In this document: positions 1 to 9,718 of the stretch, in pieces | Position numbering within the stretch: the first letter of the stretch is position 1 | Layout: each line of letters starts with the position of its first letter | NCBI GenBank assembly: GCA_963827685.1 | Contig: CAWHBU010000001.1 | Span: forward strand, 320,001 to 384,000 | Direction of reading: 5' to 3' | Origin: an uncultured delta proteobacterium | GTDB lineage: Bacteria; Desulfobacterota; BSN033; UBA1163 | Length of the DNA stretch: 64,000 nucleotides | The notes under the pieces: generated by a model | What the model saw: the letters and a program-made list of their open reading frames with translations, nothing else | Database searches by the model: none | Told to the model about the DNA's origin: nothing | Program-made: the position numbers and the translations under genes

Positions 1-427
1 CGACCTGGTTCTCTTCAGAGTGAAACCATTGGAGGGGTTCGGCCGGATGGTCCACCTTGGGAGCATGTTCTTTCAACCTTTTCATCGCTTCTATCTGGAC
101 CATCGTGTATTCGAATTTGGAGTAGCAATTTTTTGCGATGAAGCCAAATTCCATGATTTCTTTGTCAAGCATAGAATCCCGGCGATAGTACTGCCGATAT
201 TTCCCTTGAAGGAGTTGTTCGATTGCCTTAATCTCTGTCAGTCGATTTCGAATCTCCTTATACATCTCCCGGATATCGATGAAAATTCCTGCAGGAACAT
301 GCTTCTCGGGACTGACCATTCGACACATCTCCTGAAAGTCCTCTATCGATTCCTTCAAGTAATGATGGTTGTTTTGAATGGTCTTTTCTAAACTCTTAAC
401 ATACCTTTGAACTCGGTCTTGCTCCAT
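1..427 (-). CDS. hypothetical protein, 3'-partial (runs off the window edge)
   Basis: Manual translation from ATG at 427 (MEQDRVQRYVKSLEKTIQNNHHYLKES...) stays open to base 1; same strand as downstream genes. Confidence 0.7.
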   Translation of the reverse strand, partial: MEQDRVQRYVKSLEKTIQNNHHYLKESIEDFQEMCRMVSPEKHVPAGIFIDIREMYKEIRNRLTEIKAIEQLLQGKYRQYYRRDSMLDKEIMEFGFIAKNCYSKFEYTMVQIEAMKRLKEHAPKVDHPAEPLQWFHSEENQV

Positions 428-492
428 CGTTCATCCCAAACCCATTCTACTCCCATTTGCCTTTCTTTCCAATATGAAACTAATTGGAATCA

Positions 493-637
493 GTAATGCC
501 TCCGTTATGGGGAAGATTTTTATAATAATCGTAGCGCCCTCATTTATTGAGGGCGGAGTCCGTCGGCAATAAATGCCGACGCTACGAGAAAAAAAGATAA
601 CTCCATAACCAATAATTACCCATCACTGAGGGATTAC
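493..637. mobile_element. MITE-like element with GTAA termini enclosing a REP doublet
   Basis: GTAATGCCTCCGTTATGGG (493) matches the reverse complement of CCCATCACTGAGGGATTAC (619-637) at 16/19; the right end is identical to 23632-23650. Confidence 0.6.
531..585. repeat. GTAG-type REP doublet
   Basis: GTAGCGCCCTCATTTATTGAGGGCG...CGTCGGCAATAAATGCCGACGCTAC; second copy at 17484-17544. Confidence 0.75.
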
Positions 638-660
638 GCCGTCTGGAGAAGAATCAAATT

Positions 661-1068
661 TCAAAAAAGGAGAGGTTCTTTTCCCAAAGAGAAGAGATGC
701 TTTCGAATGGGGTCATCGGCAGGTGGCATAGTCAATTTTTCCAACTCCCTGAGGTTGACCCATCGAAGATCATGACATCCAATGGGTTTGAGAGGGCCTT
801 TCCCAACCCGACAACGATAGACCAAAAGAAGGATCGGGTAGGCTGGATAGGAATAGAAGACCGCATCAAAAATCATCCCCACCTCCGCCTCAACATCCAA
901 TTCCTCCCTCAACTCTCTCCGTAAGGCCTCCCTCGGCTCCTCCCCCGCTTTCACTTTCCCTCCTGGAAATTCCCAAAGGAGTCCGTGGGGAGAATCCTTC
1001 TTTCGCTGGGTGACAAGAATTTTCCCTTGTTCTATGATCAATGCGGCGACGACGATGACGGTCTTCAT
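661..1068 (-). CDS. MutT-like Nudix hydrolase
   Basis: Nudix box WEFPGGKVKAGEEPREALRRELREELD; start trimmed to MKTVIVVAALI. Confidence 0.9.
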   Translation of the reverse strand: MKTVIVVAALIIEQGKILVTQRKKDSPHGLLWEFPGGKVKAGEEPREALRRELREELDVEAEVGMIFDAVFYSYPAYPILLLVYRCRVGKGPLKPIGCHDLRWVNLRELEKLTMPPADDPIRKHLFSLGKEPLLF

Positions 1069-1069
1069 T

Positions 1070-2101
1070 TCACCCCTCGATGCGATTCCGGCCGCGTTTC
1101 TTCGCCCGATAGAGGGCATGATCTGCCTCGCGGATCAAATCAGTGAGGGTGGAGATAGAAGTGGAAAAGGTGGCTACCCCCACACTGACCGTTACATCTT
1201 TATTGGGTTGGGCGCTCTCATTGGGAAAACGCGTGTCGGCCACATTTCTTCTCACCCTCTCCGCAATCTCTAAAGCTTTTTCTCTTCCTGCATTGATCAA
1301 GATGGCGGAAAATTCCTCCCCCCCATAACGGGCGACGATATCGGTCTGCCGGACCCCCCGCTGGATAAGAATGGAAATGGCCTTCAATGCCTGATCTCCG
1401 GCCAAATGGCCATTCGTGTCGTTGTAATTTTTAAAATAGTCGATATCGATCATGAGAAGAGAGAGGGGGGTTGCGTAACGTTTTTGGCGTTCTACTTCCA
1501 GAGTCAGCTGTTCGATAAAAAAACGGTGGTTATAAATACCGGTCAGGTCATCGGTATAAGAGAGCCGCAACGCCTCCTGTCCCATCACCCCGATCTCCTT
1601 CAATTTCTCTTTGTAGAGGTCCCTGGTCACCTGAAGCTCCCGGGCATAGAGATCTCTTTCTTGAATTTTTTCCGTGGACTCTTTTTTCGTCCTTTCAAAC
1701 TCTTCTTCGATCTCGATCCTTTCTCTCAGGTCTCTCAGCATAATGAAAATGACATCTTCCCTGGAAACCCCGAAGAGCTCGACAGGAATCCGTTCACCTA
1801 ACCGACTGGTAATCTTTGTCCGGAATCTAACCTCTTGCCCTTGTCCTATCTCCTCAAACCCCTCTCTGATCCTGTGTAGATCTTCGAGGGCGACGACATC
1901 CATAAAGACCCCCTGCTGAAGTTCTTCCGGAGGATACCCGAGTAGGTCCATCCCTTTTGTGTTCACCTTTAGAAAATCTCCATTAGGGTTGAGGATGAAG
2001 AATGGTTCCGGGATGACTTCGAAGATGGATCTCTGAAGACGGATTTCTTTCTCCAGCGCCTCCACTTTCGTCCGGACCTCTTTAAGAGAAAGAGTTTTCA
2101 T
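1070..2101 (-). CDS. PAS-GGDEF diguanylate cyclase
   Basis: DIDYFKNYND, RQTD I-site, ARYGGEEF; N-terminal PAS-like segment and coiled coil. Confidence 0.93.
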   Translation of the reverse strand: MKTLSLKEVRTKVEALEKEIRLQRSIFEVIPEPFFILNPNGDFLKVNTKGMDLLGYPPEELQQGVFMDVVALEDLHRIREGFEEIGQGQEVRFRTKITSRLGERIPVELFGVSREDVIFIMLRDLRERIEIEEEFERTKKESTEKIQERDLYARELQVTRDLYKEKLKEIGVMGQEALRLSYTDDLTGIYNHRFFIEQLTLEVERQKRYATPLSLLMIDIDYFKNYNDTNGHLAGDQALKAISILIQRGVRQTDIVARYGGEEFSAILINAGREKALEIAERVRRNVADTRFPNESAQPNKDVTVSVGVATFSTSISTLTDLIREADHALYRAKKRGRNRIEG

Positions 2102-2118
2102 ATCCTTATCCAGAAAAC

Positions 2119-2190
2119 CGCATAGAGCTTGGAGGAAAGCGCATGGCGAAAAGGATTTTAACTCTGTGCTCTATGCACTCTGCGCTATGC
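2119..2190. repeat. periodic-repeat foldback (GCATAGA / CTCTATGC units)
   Basis: Left arm gcatagag..gcgcatggcg, right arm ctctgtgctctatgcactctgcgctatgc. Confidence 0.6.
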
Positions 2191-2243
2191 TATTTGTTGG
2201 GTAGGGTCAGTATAGCAAATTCATCCCTAAGAGACAAAGGCGA

Positions 2244-2924
2244 TCATACCATTTCCTGAACTTCTCTCTCGATTTTCTTCAATTCCTTTGGATCATAAGG
2301 AACGGTGTTTTTTAATGAAGGGTCTAAAGGGTTTTCTGGATTGAAGTTCTGGAGGATGAATCTTTGGCCACCTTTCAACTGATCCCCAAGCATCCGGATA
2401 TCCTCTTCTTGATGCAGTCCTGGAACAACGGTCATCCGGAATTCATACTCCACTCTTCCCCTCTTCAGGATTTCGATCGACTCTAAAATGGGTTTTAGTT
2501 TGATGGGTAGACCGGTGGAGCGTGAATAACGAAATAGGTCTAAGGGCGCCTTCACATCCATGGAGATAAAATCAATCTCCCCTCCCTCAATCAAATTTCC
2601 TAACATCTGAGGGTTTGAACCATTGGTATCGAGCTTGACCAAAAATTTGTGTCGTTTTATTTCTCGAGCCAGAAGAGGAAGATCGGTATGGAGAGTGGGC
2701 TCTCCACCTGTAAGGCAAACTCCATCGATCCAAGTCCTCAGAGAATGGAGGCGGGCGAGAATGTCTTCCAATGGAACGGTAGCATACTGCTCAGGATGGA
2801 AAACAAGGGGATGGTTGTGGCAATAAGGACAGCGGAAATTACACAAGGGAAGGAAAAGCACCGAGCAGAGTTTTCCCGGCCAATCCAAAAAGGAGGTCTC
2901 TGAAAATCCTTTGATCTCGATCAT
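2244..2924 (-). CDS. nrdG: anaerobic ribonucleotide reductase activating radical SAM protein
   Basis: CNFRCPYC, TGGEPT, KLDTNGS; downstream of nrdD. Confidence 0.93.
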   Translation of the reverse strand: MIEIKGFSETSFLDWPGKLCSVLFLPLCNFRCPYCHNHPLVFHPEQYATVPLEDILARLHSLRTWIDGVCLTGGEPTLHTDLPLLAREIKRHKFLVKLDTNGSNPQMLGNLIEGGEIDFISMDVKAPLDLFRYSRSTGLPIKLKPILESIEILKRGRVEYEFRMTVVPGLHQEEDIRMLGDQLKGGQRFILQNFNPENPLDPSLKNTVPYDPKELKKIEREVQEMV

Positions 2925-2941
2925 TTTCTTGAATCATACAA

Positions 2942-3033
2942 GTGACAGTGATTGTGAAAAGTGATAGTGAGTTGAAAAAAAAGATAATGGATCGGAGTGA
3001 TTCCCAACACCCAATCACTATCACTATCACCAT
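2942..3033. repeat. periodic-repeat foldback (GTGATA / TATCAC 6-mers)
   Basis: gtgacagtgattgtgaaaagtgatagtgag ... caatcactatcactatcacc. Confidence 0.65.
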
Positions 3034-3296
3034 TAGCCTCTGTATAAATGCTGCTTCACCTCCTGGAGGGTTGGGACAACCCCTCTCCAACTGATCACCT
3101 CTCTCTCTTCCTCATCCTCGATGACAATGGAAGGGGTGGAGCGAATGCTATAAAAGGAAGCCTCGGCCAGACCATCAATCGTGTCCAAATCGTAATTCAA
3201 AACCGGCACCCCTTCCTTTTTTAACTCCGTTCCAATCTCTTTGACAGCAGGACATTTTGGGCATTTCGCTTTAGTAAAAATTTTTATTAATCCCAT
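3033..3296 (-). CDS. thioredoxin/glutaredoxin-fold NrdH-like redoxin
   Basis: 87 aa, IFTKAKCPKC CxxC motif, STP cis-Pro motif; AGGAGG SD; lies between nrdD and nrdG. Confidence 0.85.
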   Translation of the reverse strand: MGLIKIFTKAKCPKCPAVKEIGTELKKEGVPVLNYDLDTIDGLAEASFYSIRSTPSIVIEDEEEREVISWRGVVPTLQEVKQHLYRG

Positions 3297-3322
3297 GGCC
3301 TCCTCCTTTATTTCAAAATTTG

Positions 3323-3539
3323 ACAGGCGGTTGAAAAAGAGCAATAGTCGGTCATTGCAAGGAGTCCCGCCATAGCGGGACGACGTGCCTGCACGCCGCA
3401 GTGCTTGAACACAGGGATTCTTAGTAGCATGAAGTTTCGGCACGCAGGCGTGGCAATCTATAATTATTTGATTTCTTTAAGAATGAGATTGCCGCGCTCC
3501 GCTCGCAAAGACACCGAAAAGACTTTTTCAACAACCTGT
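3323..3539. mobile_element. composite MITE with 17-bp TIRs and nested palindromes
   Basis: ACAGGCGGTTGAAAAAG versus CTTTTTCAACAACCTGT (15/17); internal GTCATTGC...GCAAAGAC palindrome with further inserts. Confidence 0.7.
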
Positions 3540-3619
3540 TGCGCTTTAACATCCATTTGTTATTGATTCACCTTCGGTTCATCACTTCGTGCGAACTTTG
3601 TCATTTGACATTTGTAAAT

Positions 3620-5764
3620 TTATCCTACTTCCAGTGCCATCCCTTCTTCCTTCTCTTCCAAGAAAGTCTGGTTCCGATATCGGTTCCGGAGTTCTCCAAT
3701 CTTCCCTTTATTCCAACTGGAGATTTTAGTGAAATAGCCGGTAATCCGTGTTATGCCATCCACATCCACAGACCCACAGTAAGCACAAGAGGAACGAAGG
3801 CCCCGGCTTGTCCGATTGCAGCAATTACAGGTGGTGAACTCCGGAGAGAAGGCGATCTGGTCATTTTGAGTCAATTGAAAAGTTTTAATCACAAAATTGG
3901 CCAGCGATGACTTCGAAGGTCTTGCCTCCCCCAGCCAGATATGAGTTAATGCGCCTGCCTCAATCAGAGGGTGGAAGAGACCTTCTTGCCTTACTCGGTC
4001 AATAGGGTTCAACATGGCAGAATTGTTCAAGTAGGTGGAGTTCGTATAGTAGACTTCTCCTTTTGAGATGTCACCTTTCACAATGTGTCCCGATTGGGGA
4101 GAGTGATATTTGAGGTCTAATTTAGCAAATCGGTAAGCGGTGGATTCTGCGGGTGTCTGTTCCAGAACAAAACGCATTCCATAGCGCTGGCTGAACTTGT
4201 CCACTAATAATTTCATATGGGCGATGACCTTGAGACCAAATTTAAAGGCCTGTTTAGATTGATGCATCTCCTGCCCGGTATGAATTTGAACCAGTTCATT
4301 AAGCCCCACCATACCCACCAGAAAACTGGCACGGTGCATCCTCAAATAGGGAGATCCATCCCGATTCATGGCCAGCAACGCCAGGGGCCCGTTTTCCCCC
4401 AAGGAGAGAAGTTTTTCAATAAAGAGTTTCTTTTCTAGATGGGCCTTTACCGCCATCTCAACAAACTCAGCAATTTTAGAAAAGAGCTTAGAGTCATCCC
4501 CTTTGGCCAGGTACGCGATTCTTGCAAGATTGAGCGTCACGTTCTGGAGGGCACTGTATCGCATCTTCCAGGGTTGTTTGGCATCTTCAAGGTCTGTTTG
4601 ATCCAATTTAAAACTAAGACGGCAGCATTCAGAGATTTTGGCTGTCTCCCCGCGGTCGAAGACAAAGTAGGTATTTCCCTTCTCAGAGGCAACATCACAG
4701 ATGTGGTAAAGAAAATCCATATGGTCAGGGGTTTTAAAAAACTTCTCTGTAATATGAACCAGAGGTTTTGGGAAGAAGAAGGGCCTTCCGGATCCATCTC
4801 CTTCTTGATAGACGTTAAAGAGTGCCTTGGCAAAGCGCTGGGATTCCATCCAATAATCACTATAGGTCTTTCCTGTAAACTCCCCACCTGGTCCGATGGC
4901 AGGGACATCTTCAAAATGTTTGGGGATTTCCCAATAAAGATTGAGGTCAGTGAAGATGGCCTGTCCACCTCTGGCGACCGCTTGTTGGGAGAATTCGAAG
5001 ATCATCATCTGGGCCAATTGTTCCAGTTCTTGATCCGACCTCCCTACCAGATAGGGTGCGAAAAAGAGATTGATAGAGTCCCAACCAATCGCCCCGGCAA
5101 AATGACTCTGAAGGGCTGCTGCAAATTTCACCATATGGGCGAGCAACACCTCAGGGTGTTTGGCCGGCTTGGCCATCGCGATCGAATTGGGAAGACTCAG
5201 GCCAAATCGTTTGATGTATTCGAGGGACTGACCGCTACAGTATGGCCGATCGATAAAACCCAGATCGTGGAGATGAATGTCCCCGCGCATATGCGCATCG
5301 GCAATTTCCTGAGAGAAGACATTGAGCAGAGCGTATTCTTTCTTGATCCTCTCGGCTAAGGTGAGATTGGTGGCTTCAGGTCCATGAGGAACATTGGCAT
5401 TCTCTTTATTGGGATGGAGGATGAGCTGATCGACATCATAGAGAGGCATTCCCAAGCGGGTGTGCATCTTACGGGCCTGCTCGAGTCCTCTTTCGACTAG
5501 TTTGGTGTCCACGAGTTCACGGATAAGAGGGGCAGTGATGATTTTGATCTTAGAGGTAGCAATTAAGTCCTCGACCTCCCGGGCGATCTCTTTGGCTGTA
5601 TCGAAATCGACATAGGTCTCACGCATGAGGGCGTCGACAATTCTCTGCCGATCCCAGCCCAGCATCGCTTCGTCCGAGGTGCGAACAAAGAGAGCCATAT
5701 CTGTGGTTTCCACTTCTCCTTTAAATTCCTGATGATCCCCTTTCATCTCGATTACGGTTGCCAT
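3620..5764 (-). CDS. nrdD: class III anaerobic ribonucleoside-triphosphate reductase with ATP cone
   Basis: GDIHLHDL, SECCRL finger loop, TPAESTAYRF, C-terminal zinc ribbon, RITGY glycyl-radical loop. Confidence 0.96.
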   Translation of the reverse strand: MATVIEMKGDHQEFKGEVETTDMALFVRTSDEAMLGWDRQRIVDALMRETYVDFDTAKEIAREVEDLIATSKIKIITAPLIRELVDTKLVERGLEQARKMHTRLGMPLYDVDQLILHPNKENANVPHGPEATNLTLAERIKKEYALLNVFSQEIADAHMRGDIHLHDLGFIDRPYCSGQSLEYIKRFGLSLPNSIAMAKPAKHPEVLLAHMVKFAAALQSHFAGAIGWDSINLFFAPYLVGRSDQELEQLAQMMIFEFSQQAVARGGQAIFTDLNLYWEIPKHFEDVPAIGPGGEFTGKTYSDYWMESQRFAKALFNVYQEGDGSGRPFFFPKPLVHITEKFFKTPDHMDFLYHICDVASEKGNTYFVFDRGETAKISECCRLSFKLDQTDLEDAKQPWKMRYSALQNVTLNLARIAYLAKGDDSKLFSKIAEFVEMAVKAHLEKKLFIEKLLSLGENGPLALLAMNRDGSPYLRMHRASFLVGMVGLNELVQIHTGQEMHQSKQAFKFGLKVIAHMKLLVDKFSQRYGMRFVLEQTPAESTAYRFAKLDLKYHSPQSGHIVKGDISKGEVYYTNSTYLNNSAMLNPIDRVRQEGLFHPLIEAGALTHIWLGEARPSKSSLANFVIKTFQLTQNDQIAFSPEFTTCNCCNRTSRGLRSSCAYCGSVDVDGITRITGYFTKISSWNKGKIGELRNRYRNQTFLEEKEEGMALEVG

Positions 5765-5813
5765 ATGATCTCACCTTTTATTTTACGGTAGATGGTTAAA
5801 AAGATTTTTGGAA

Positions 5814-5868
5814 GGGCTATATTTAGTGTGACTAAGAATGATTACAACAATATATTGTTATTTGTCAA
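5814..5868 (-). promoter_or_regulatory. tandem NrdR boxes overlapping the nrdD promoter
   Basis: ACACTAAATATAGCCC (reverse complement of 5814-5829) and AACAATATATTGTT (5846-5859), about 31 bp apart; TTGACA at reverse complement of 5863-5868. Confidence 0.8.
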
Positions 5869-5932
5869 GGAAAAACTTAGTTTGTGAAAAAAATATTTAG
5901 ATAGAGATTTTCAAGCATTCTACTCCGAAATC

Positions 5933-8900
5933 CTAACTATTTTTCCCCTTGTTATTGGATGAAGGAGTCTTTTGGAAAGGCCTCAGAGGCGTTTCGAGTA
6001 GGCGCTTGATGACTCCCCAAGAAGTTTCTTCGATGCTTTTTAGGGGAATAGCCTCAATCTTCGGATCATCCAGATTTCCTTTCACCTCATAGAAATAAGA
6101 GATGAACCCCTTATCCTTGCCCGTAAGAATATAACCCGCAACCGGGACATGACTTAATATCGTATCGACCGTCACTAACGGATGAACCCCTATCGTTACG
6201 TCGATCAAATTCTTACCCAGATTGACCTTTCCTATGAGAGTAATCCTCATGGCGTCGCTATCCACCAAAAAATCATCGGTGGAAGCAACGCCGTCATTGA
6301 CATGAATCGTCGCCGTCATATTATGGTAAGGAAGTCCCTTGGTTTTTAAGTCGGGGAGCCTTCCTTTGAGCCATTGAGAGACGTTGAGAATCGAAAAGAT
6401 TTTGGAGAGGATATTGAATCGTTCGATCACTCCATTTTCGACTTCAAGTCTCAAACTGCCATTGAGCGATTCTTTCATTTTTTGGAAATCCTCTCCCTCG
6501 CCTCTTAATTCCACCTTGTCAACGTGAACTCTTCCGGTGATCATCACCCTTTCCTCCTCCCCTTTTTGGAAGAGGGTTCGGATAAAGGCCTTGGCTTCCA
6601 TATTGGAGAAACGGGGCTTGATCTCAATTCTTATTCCCTTTTCCGTTGGTTTTATCCATCCCTCACCCCAGAAGTCCCCTCCATCTGATTTGAATTGAAA
6701 GGGATGGATGAGCAATGTTCCATCGACCGTCTTCATCTCTCCCTTCAGGTCCTGATAATGAAGGCTGCGGTATTTTCCCTTGTCGATCTGTACCTTGCCA
6801 TCGATCGACCAACTTGAAAGCCAATCCCTCATCTTTTCAAAAGAAGCTGAGGAGGTTCCTTGTTTTTTCGGAAAGAGCAGATCGAGGTCCAGTTGTGGAG
6901 AAGAGATCTGAAAGGAGAGCCGCCTCCCCGATCCCGCCAGGTTTGAGGCCTTTTCCACCTTCTGGGAAGAGACAGGGAAGGAAGACGAGTCGCGGAAGAG
7001 GGTGCCGGAAACGGTGACGGGAGAATCTCCCACCTTTCCCTTCAACTCATCGAATCGAATCTGTTCAGGGGTTATAAAAAAGGACCCCTGAATATGGGAG
7101 AGAAGAACGGGAATCTGCCGAGGTTGAAGGGTCATCCCTTTTAGTCGGATCTCACCTTCTTTTAAGGCACTGATCCATTTTTCCATTTTCCCCAGCCATT
7201 TCAGACGAACCTCTGCCACTCCGTCGAGTTCTTGAATCCCTTCTACATGCGATCGGATCTGATCTGAAAAGAGGGGTGACTTGATGAGCGAGAACAGTTG
7301 TTTTAGATCAATGGAACCCCATGTAGAAAGGTTCACCTCACCCTCTCTCATAAATCCGTTCAATGTCAGAGAGCGGCTACCCGATTGGATCTTCGTCTTT
7401 GAAAAACCTATTCCCAGATTGGAAAATGAGACTCCTCCTTCCTTAAAAACGAGAGGGATAGGATTTCCTTTCTGCAGGAGTGAAGCTTCCCTTGGGAAAA
7501 ACTCCCCTTCATAAGAGAAACGGGAAGTTCCTGGAAGGGTCTTCCCTTTGAATGAGATCTGGCTCGTCCCTGAAAGGGCTTCCAAGCCCACTGTTTTCGA
7601 TCGCACTTCTTCAGGGAAGATAGGAGTTTGAAAGAGGGTAAAGAGATTTTTGAGATCCATTCTTCCCTTGGCCATGATCTCGAGAGGATGATCCTTCTCC
7701 CCGTGTTTCCAAAAGCCATCCATCATCAGAGAGGAATGACCAAACTCCACCTGCGCCTCTGACCATTGGAGATCATGGTGGGAAAGCGCTACTCGTCCCC
7801 CTCCAATTTGGATTGGGAACGGAATTTGCTCATGAGTGAATTGGGTTTTTGAGAGATGATAGATCTCCTGGTGCTGAAAACGGAGGGGAGGCTTCAGGAG
7901 TCCTTTGGCAGAGAGGGAATATTGTGCCTTTCCTGAAAGCATGTGGATGGATGAAAGGGCACGACTGAATTCTTCCGGGATTCCTTCGGTCTTTGAGAGG
8001 GAGGGAAGATCCATCAAATCGAACTTGCCTTGGCACTCGATTTGAAGCGTGGGAACCTGCAGAAGCTCGGAGAAAGTGCCGTTCACTTTCTCCAAGGTCG
8101 AATGAAAGATTCTTCCTTCGACTCCTTTCAGGTAGAGATGACCTTCTTGGAAGAGGAGCCGACCTTTGAGATCTTCAAGGGGTGGAAAGTTCCAGGGGAG
8201 TTTCAATTGAGCTCCACTGAGTTTCGCCTCGATGGAGAGGACATGGGCATTTGCAAGCTGATCGCAGTGATCCACCTCGGGCATCTTTCCCGAAAGCCTG
8301 ATGGACACGGCTTGGAAAAAACCTTTTCCTTCTGACCTGAAAAGACGATCCGAGACGTCTGGAGTGATGATTCGGAAGGGGATAAATTTCTTTCCTTCTG
8401 CAATATCGAAGGGGCTGCTGGAGGCTTCGGCTTCCATTCCCATCTCTTTTGACCCGATATCATAAATCCTCCCCTTCGCCTTAACCGATATCTCTGGTAA
8501 TTCGATAGAAAAACGAGGGATCTTGAAATCTTTTGCATCATAGTCAGCCTCAAGATCGATGTTCATCCACTTCGGTTTTAGAACGGTTGAGAAAACCTGG
8601 GGGTAGTCAAAAAGGAATTCTTTAAATTTGATTTTTGCAGAGGTCTTAAAAGTTCCCCGGAAATCTCCTCGATAGCGAGCATCCAGGTCGAGGATCCCTG
8701 AAATCGTCTTCATAGGAAGCATTATTCTGAGATAAGGCCAGAAATGAAACGTTTCGATCCCTTTGATCTTGACCTCTGCTTCCACCCTTCCTTTTGAAAA
8801 ATTTAGGTCTTCAGGAATATCTTGAATTGTCCCATGGATGGAAAACAGGCCTTCTCTTTTAGAATGAATGATTTTCCCGTCGATTCGGAACGGAAAGGCG

Positions 8901-9481
8901 TTACGGAAGGAGACCTTTGAGAGCCTAAAATTGAAAGACCGTATCTCGGTTCTGAACGGTGACTCGCCCAATCCCTCATCTGAGAAGAAAACCTCTCCAT
9001 CTCGGAGGGCTAAAGAGCCTCCGAAAAGAGAGGTGAGCGCCTCCAGGATCTTCCTTTGTGTTTCCTTCGATTTTTCACCAGTCGAGGGATCGTTGAAAAA
9101 GACATTGAGCCGACCTTTTTTATCCCTGATGACATGGAGGATGGGACGATCAACGACAATTCGTTTCCATTTGATTTCCCTTTTGAGGAGGGGAAAAAGC
9201 TTGACCCTCAAGATCAGTCTTTTGGATTGAAGAAGATCAAAGGCCAGAGAGCGATCCTTTACACGGAAGTCTTCAAAAGCAATTCCCACTCCTCCCCACA
9301 AATTTATTTTTGCCTTCCCAATGGAAACTTCTCTGTCCAGGGCGGTCGCCAAGGACTTTTGTAGGATATCCCGGTAAACATTAGGGTCGAGGAAATAATT
9401 GATTGATAAAAGAAAGAAGATTCCGAGGACAATAATCGGAGTCAATATCCAGAGAATGATCCATTTTTTAGAACGAGCCAT
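5933..9481 (-). CDS. AsmA-like / YhdP-type envelope protein
   Basis: N-terminal TM helix, 1182 aa beta-rich, AsmA_2-like C-terminus (FYEVKGNLDDPKI). Confidence 0.8.
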   Translation of the reverse strand: MARSKKWIILWILTPIIVLGIFFLLSINYFLDPNVYRDILQKSLATALDREVSIGKAKINLWGGVGIAFEDFRVKDRSLAFDLLQSKRLILRVKLFPLLKREIKWKRIVVDRPILHVIRDKKGRLNVFFNDPSTGEKSKETQRKILEALTSLFGGSLALRDGEVFFSDEGLGESPFRTEIRSFNFRLSKVSFRNAFPFRIDGKIIHSKREGLFSIHGTIQDIPEDLNFSKGRVEAEVKIKGIETFHFWPYLRIMLPMKTISGILDLDARYRGDFRGTFKTSAKIKFKEFLFDYPQVFSTVLKPKWMNIDLEADYDAKDFKIPRFSIELPEISVKAKGRIYDIGSKEMGMEAEASSSPFDIAEGKKFIPFRIITPDVSDRLFRSEGKGFFQAVSIRLSGKMPEVDHCDQLANAHVLSIEAKLSGAQLKLPWNFPPLEDLKGRLLFQEGHLYLKGVEGRIFHSTLEKVNGTFSELLQVPTLQIECQGKFDLMDLPSLSKTEGIPEEFSRALSSIHMLSGKAQYSLSAKGLLKPPLRFQHQEIYHLSKTQFTHEQIPFPIQIGGGRVALSHHDLQWSEAQVEFGHSSLMMDGFWKHGEKDHPLEIMAKGRMDLKNLFTLFQTPIFPEEVRSKTVGLEALSGTSQISFKGKTLPGTSRFSYEGEFFPREASLLQKGNPIPLVFKEGGVSFSNLGIGFSKTKIQSGSRSLTLNGFMREGEVNLSTWGSIDLKQLFSLIKSPLFSDQIRSHVEGIQELDGVAEVRLKWLGKMEKWISALKEGEIRLKGMTLQPRQIPVLLSHIQGSFFITPEQIRFDELKGKVGDSPVTVSGTLFRDSSSFPVSSQKVEKASNLAGSGRRLSFQISSPQLDLDLLFPKKQGTSSASFEKMRDWLSSWSIDGKVQIDKGKYRSLHYQDLKGEMKTVDGTLLIHPFQFKSDGGDFWGEGWIKPTEKGIRIEIKPRFSNMEAKAFIRTLFQKGEEERVMITGRVHVDKVELRGEGEDFQKMKESLNGSLRLEVENGVIERFNILSKIFSILNVSQWLKGRLPDLKTKGLPYHNMTATIHVNDGVASTDDFLVDSDAMRITLIGKVNLGKNLIDVTIGVHPLVTVDTILSHVPVAGYILTGKDKGFISYFYEVKGNLDDPKIEAIPLKSIEETSWGVIKRLLETPLRPFQKTPSSNNKGKNS

Positions 9482-9524
9482 AAATTTCTTTCAAATCCGA
9501 TTGCTGTAAACGTAACCAATTAGG

Positions 9525-9665
9525 CTTTGTCATTTCAAATTCCAAAATCCAAATCCCAAATTTCAAATAAGTTCCAAATCCAAATGACCGAAATGAAACC
9601 ATTTGAAAATTTGAATTTTCGTCATTGGAATTTATTTGCTATTTGGTGCTTGATATTTGGTACTT
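9525..9665. repeat. heptamer foldback (TCCAAAT / ATTTGG units)
   Basis: ttcaaattccaaaatccaaatcccaaatttcaaat ... tttgaaaatttgaatttt...tttggtgcttgatatttgg. Confidence 0.75.
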
Positions 9666-9718
9666 ATCTCAAAGATTAGTTTAAACATAATAAGGTAATT
9701 TCTTAAGCAAAAAAATTC

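Noticed and set aside
20-391. 123-aa plus-strand ORF
   Set aside because: Antisense shadow of the longer minus-strand partial CDS at 1-427
3297-3443. N-terminal extensions of the redoxin (also nadD, pxpB, pxpC, tonB, btuC)
   Set aside because: The extensions translate repeat or regulatory DNA; better-supported starts lie downstream
4439-5359. 306-aa ORF antisense to nrdD (similar cases at 15302-15994 and 26192-26905)
   Set aside because: Fully overlaps well-supported genes and has no recognisable motifs
9525-9665. Repeat tracts as a CRISPR array
   Set aside because: Units are degenerate 6-8-mers without unique spacers; no cas genes in the window
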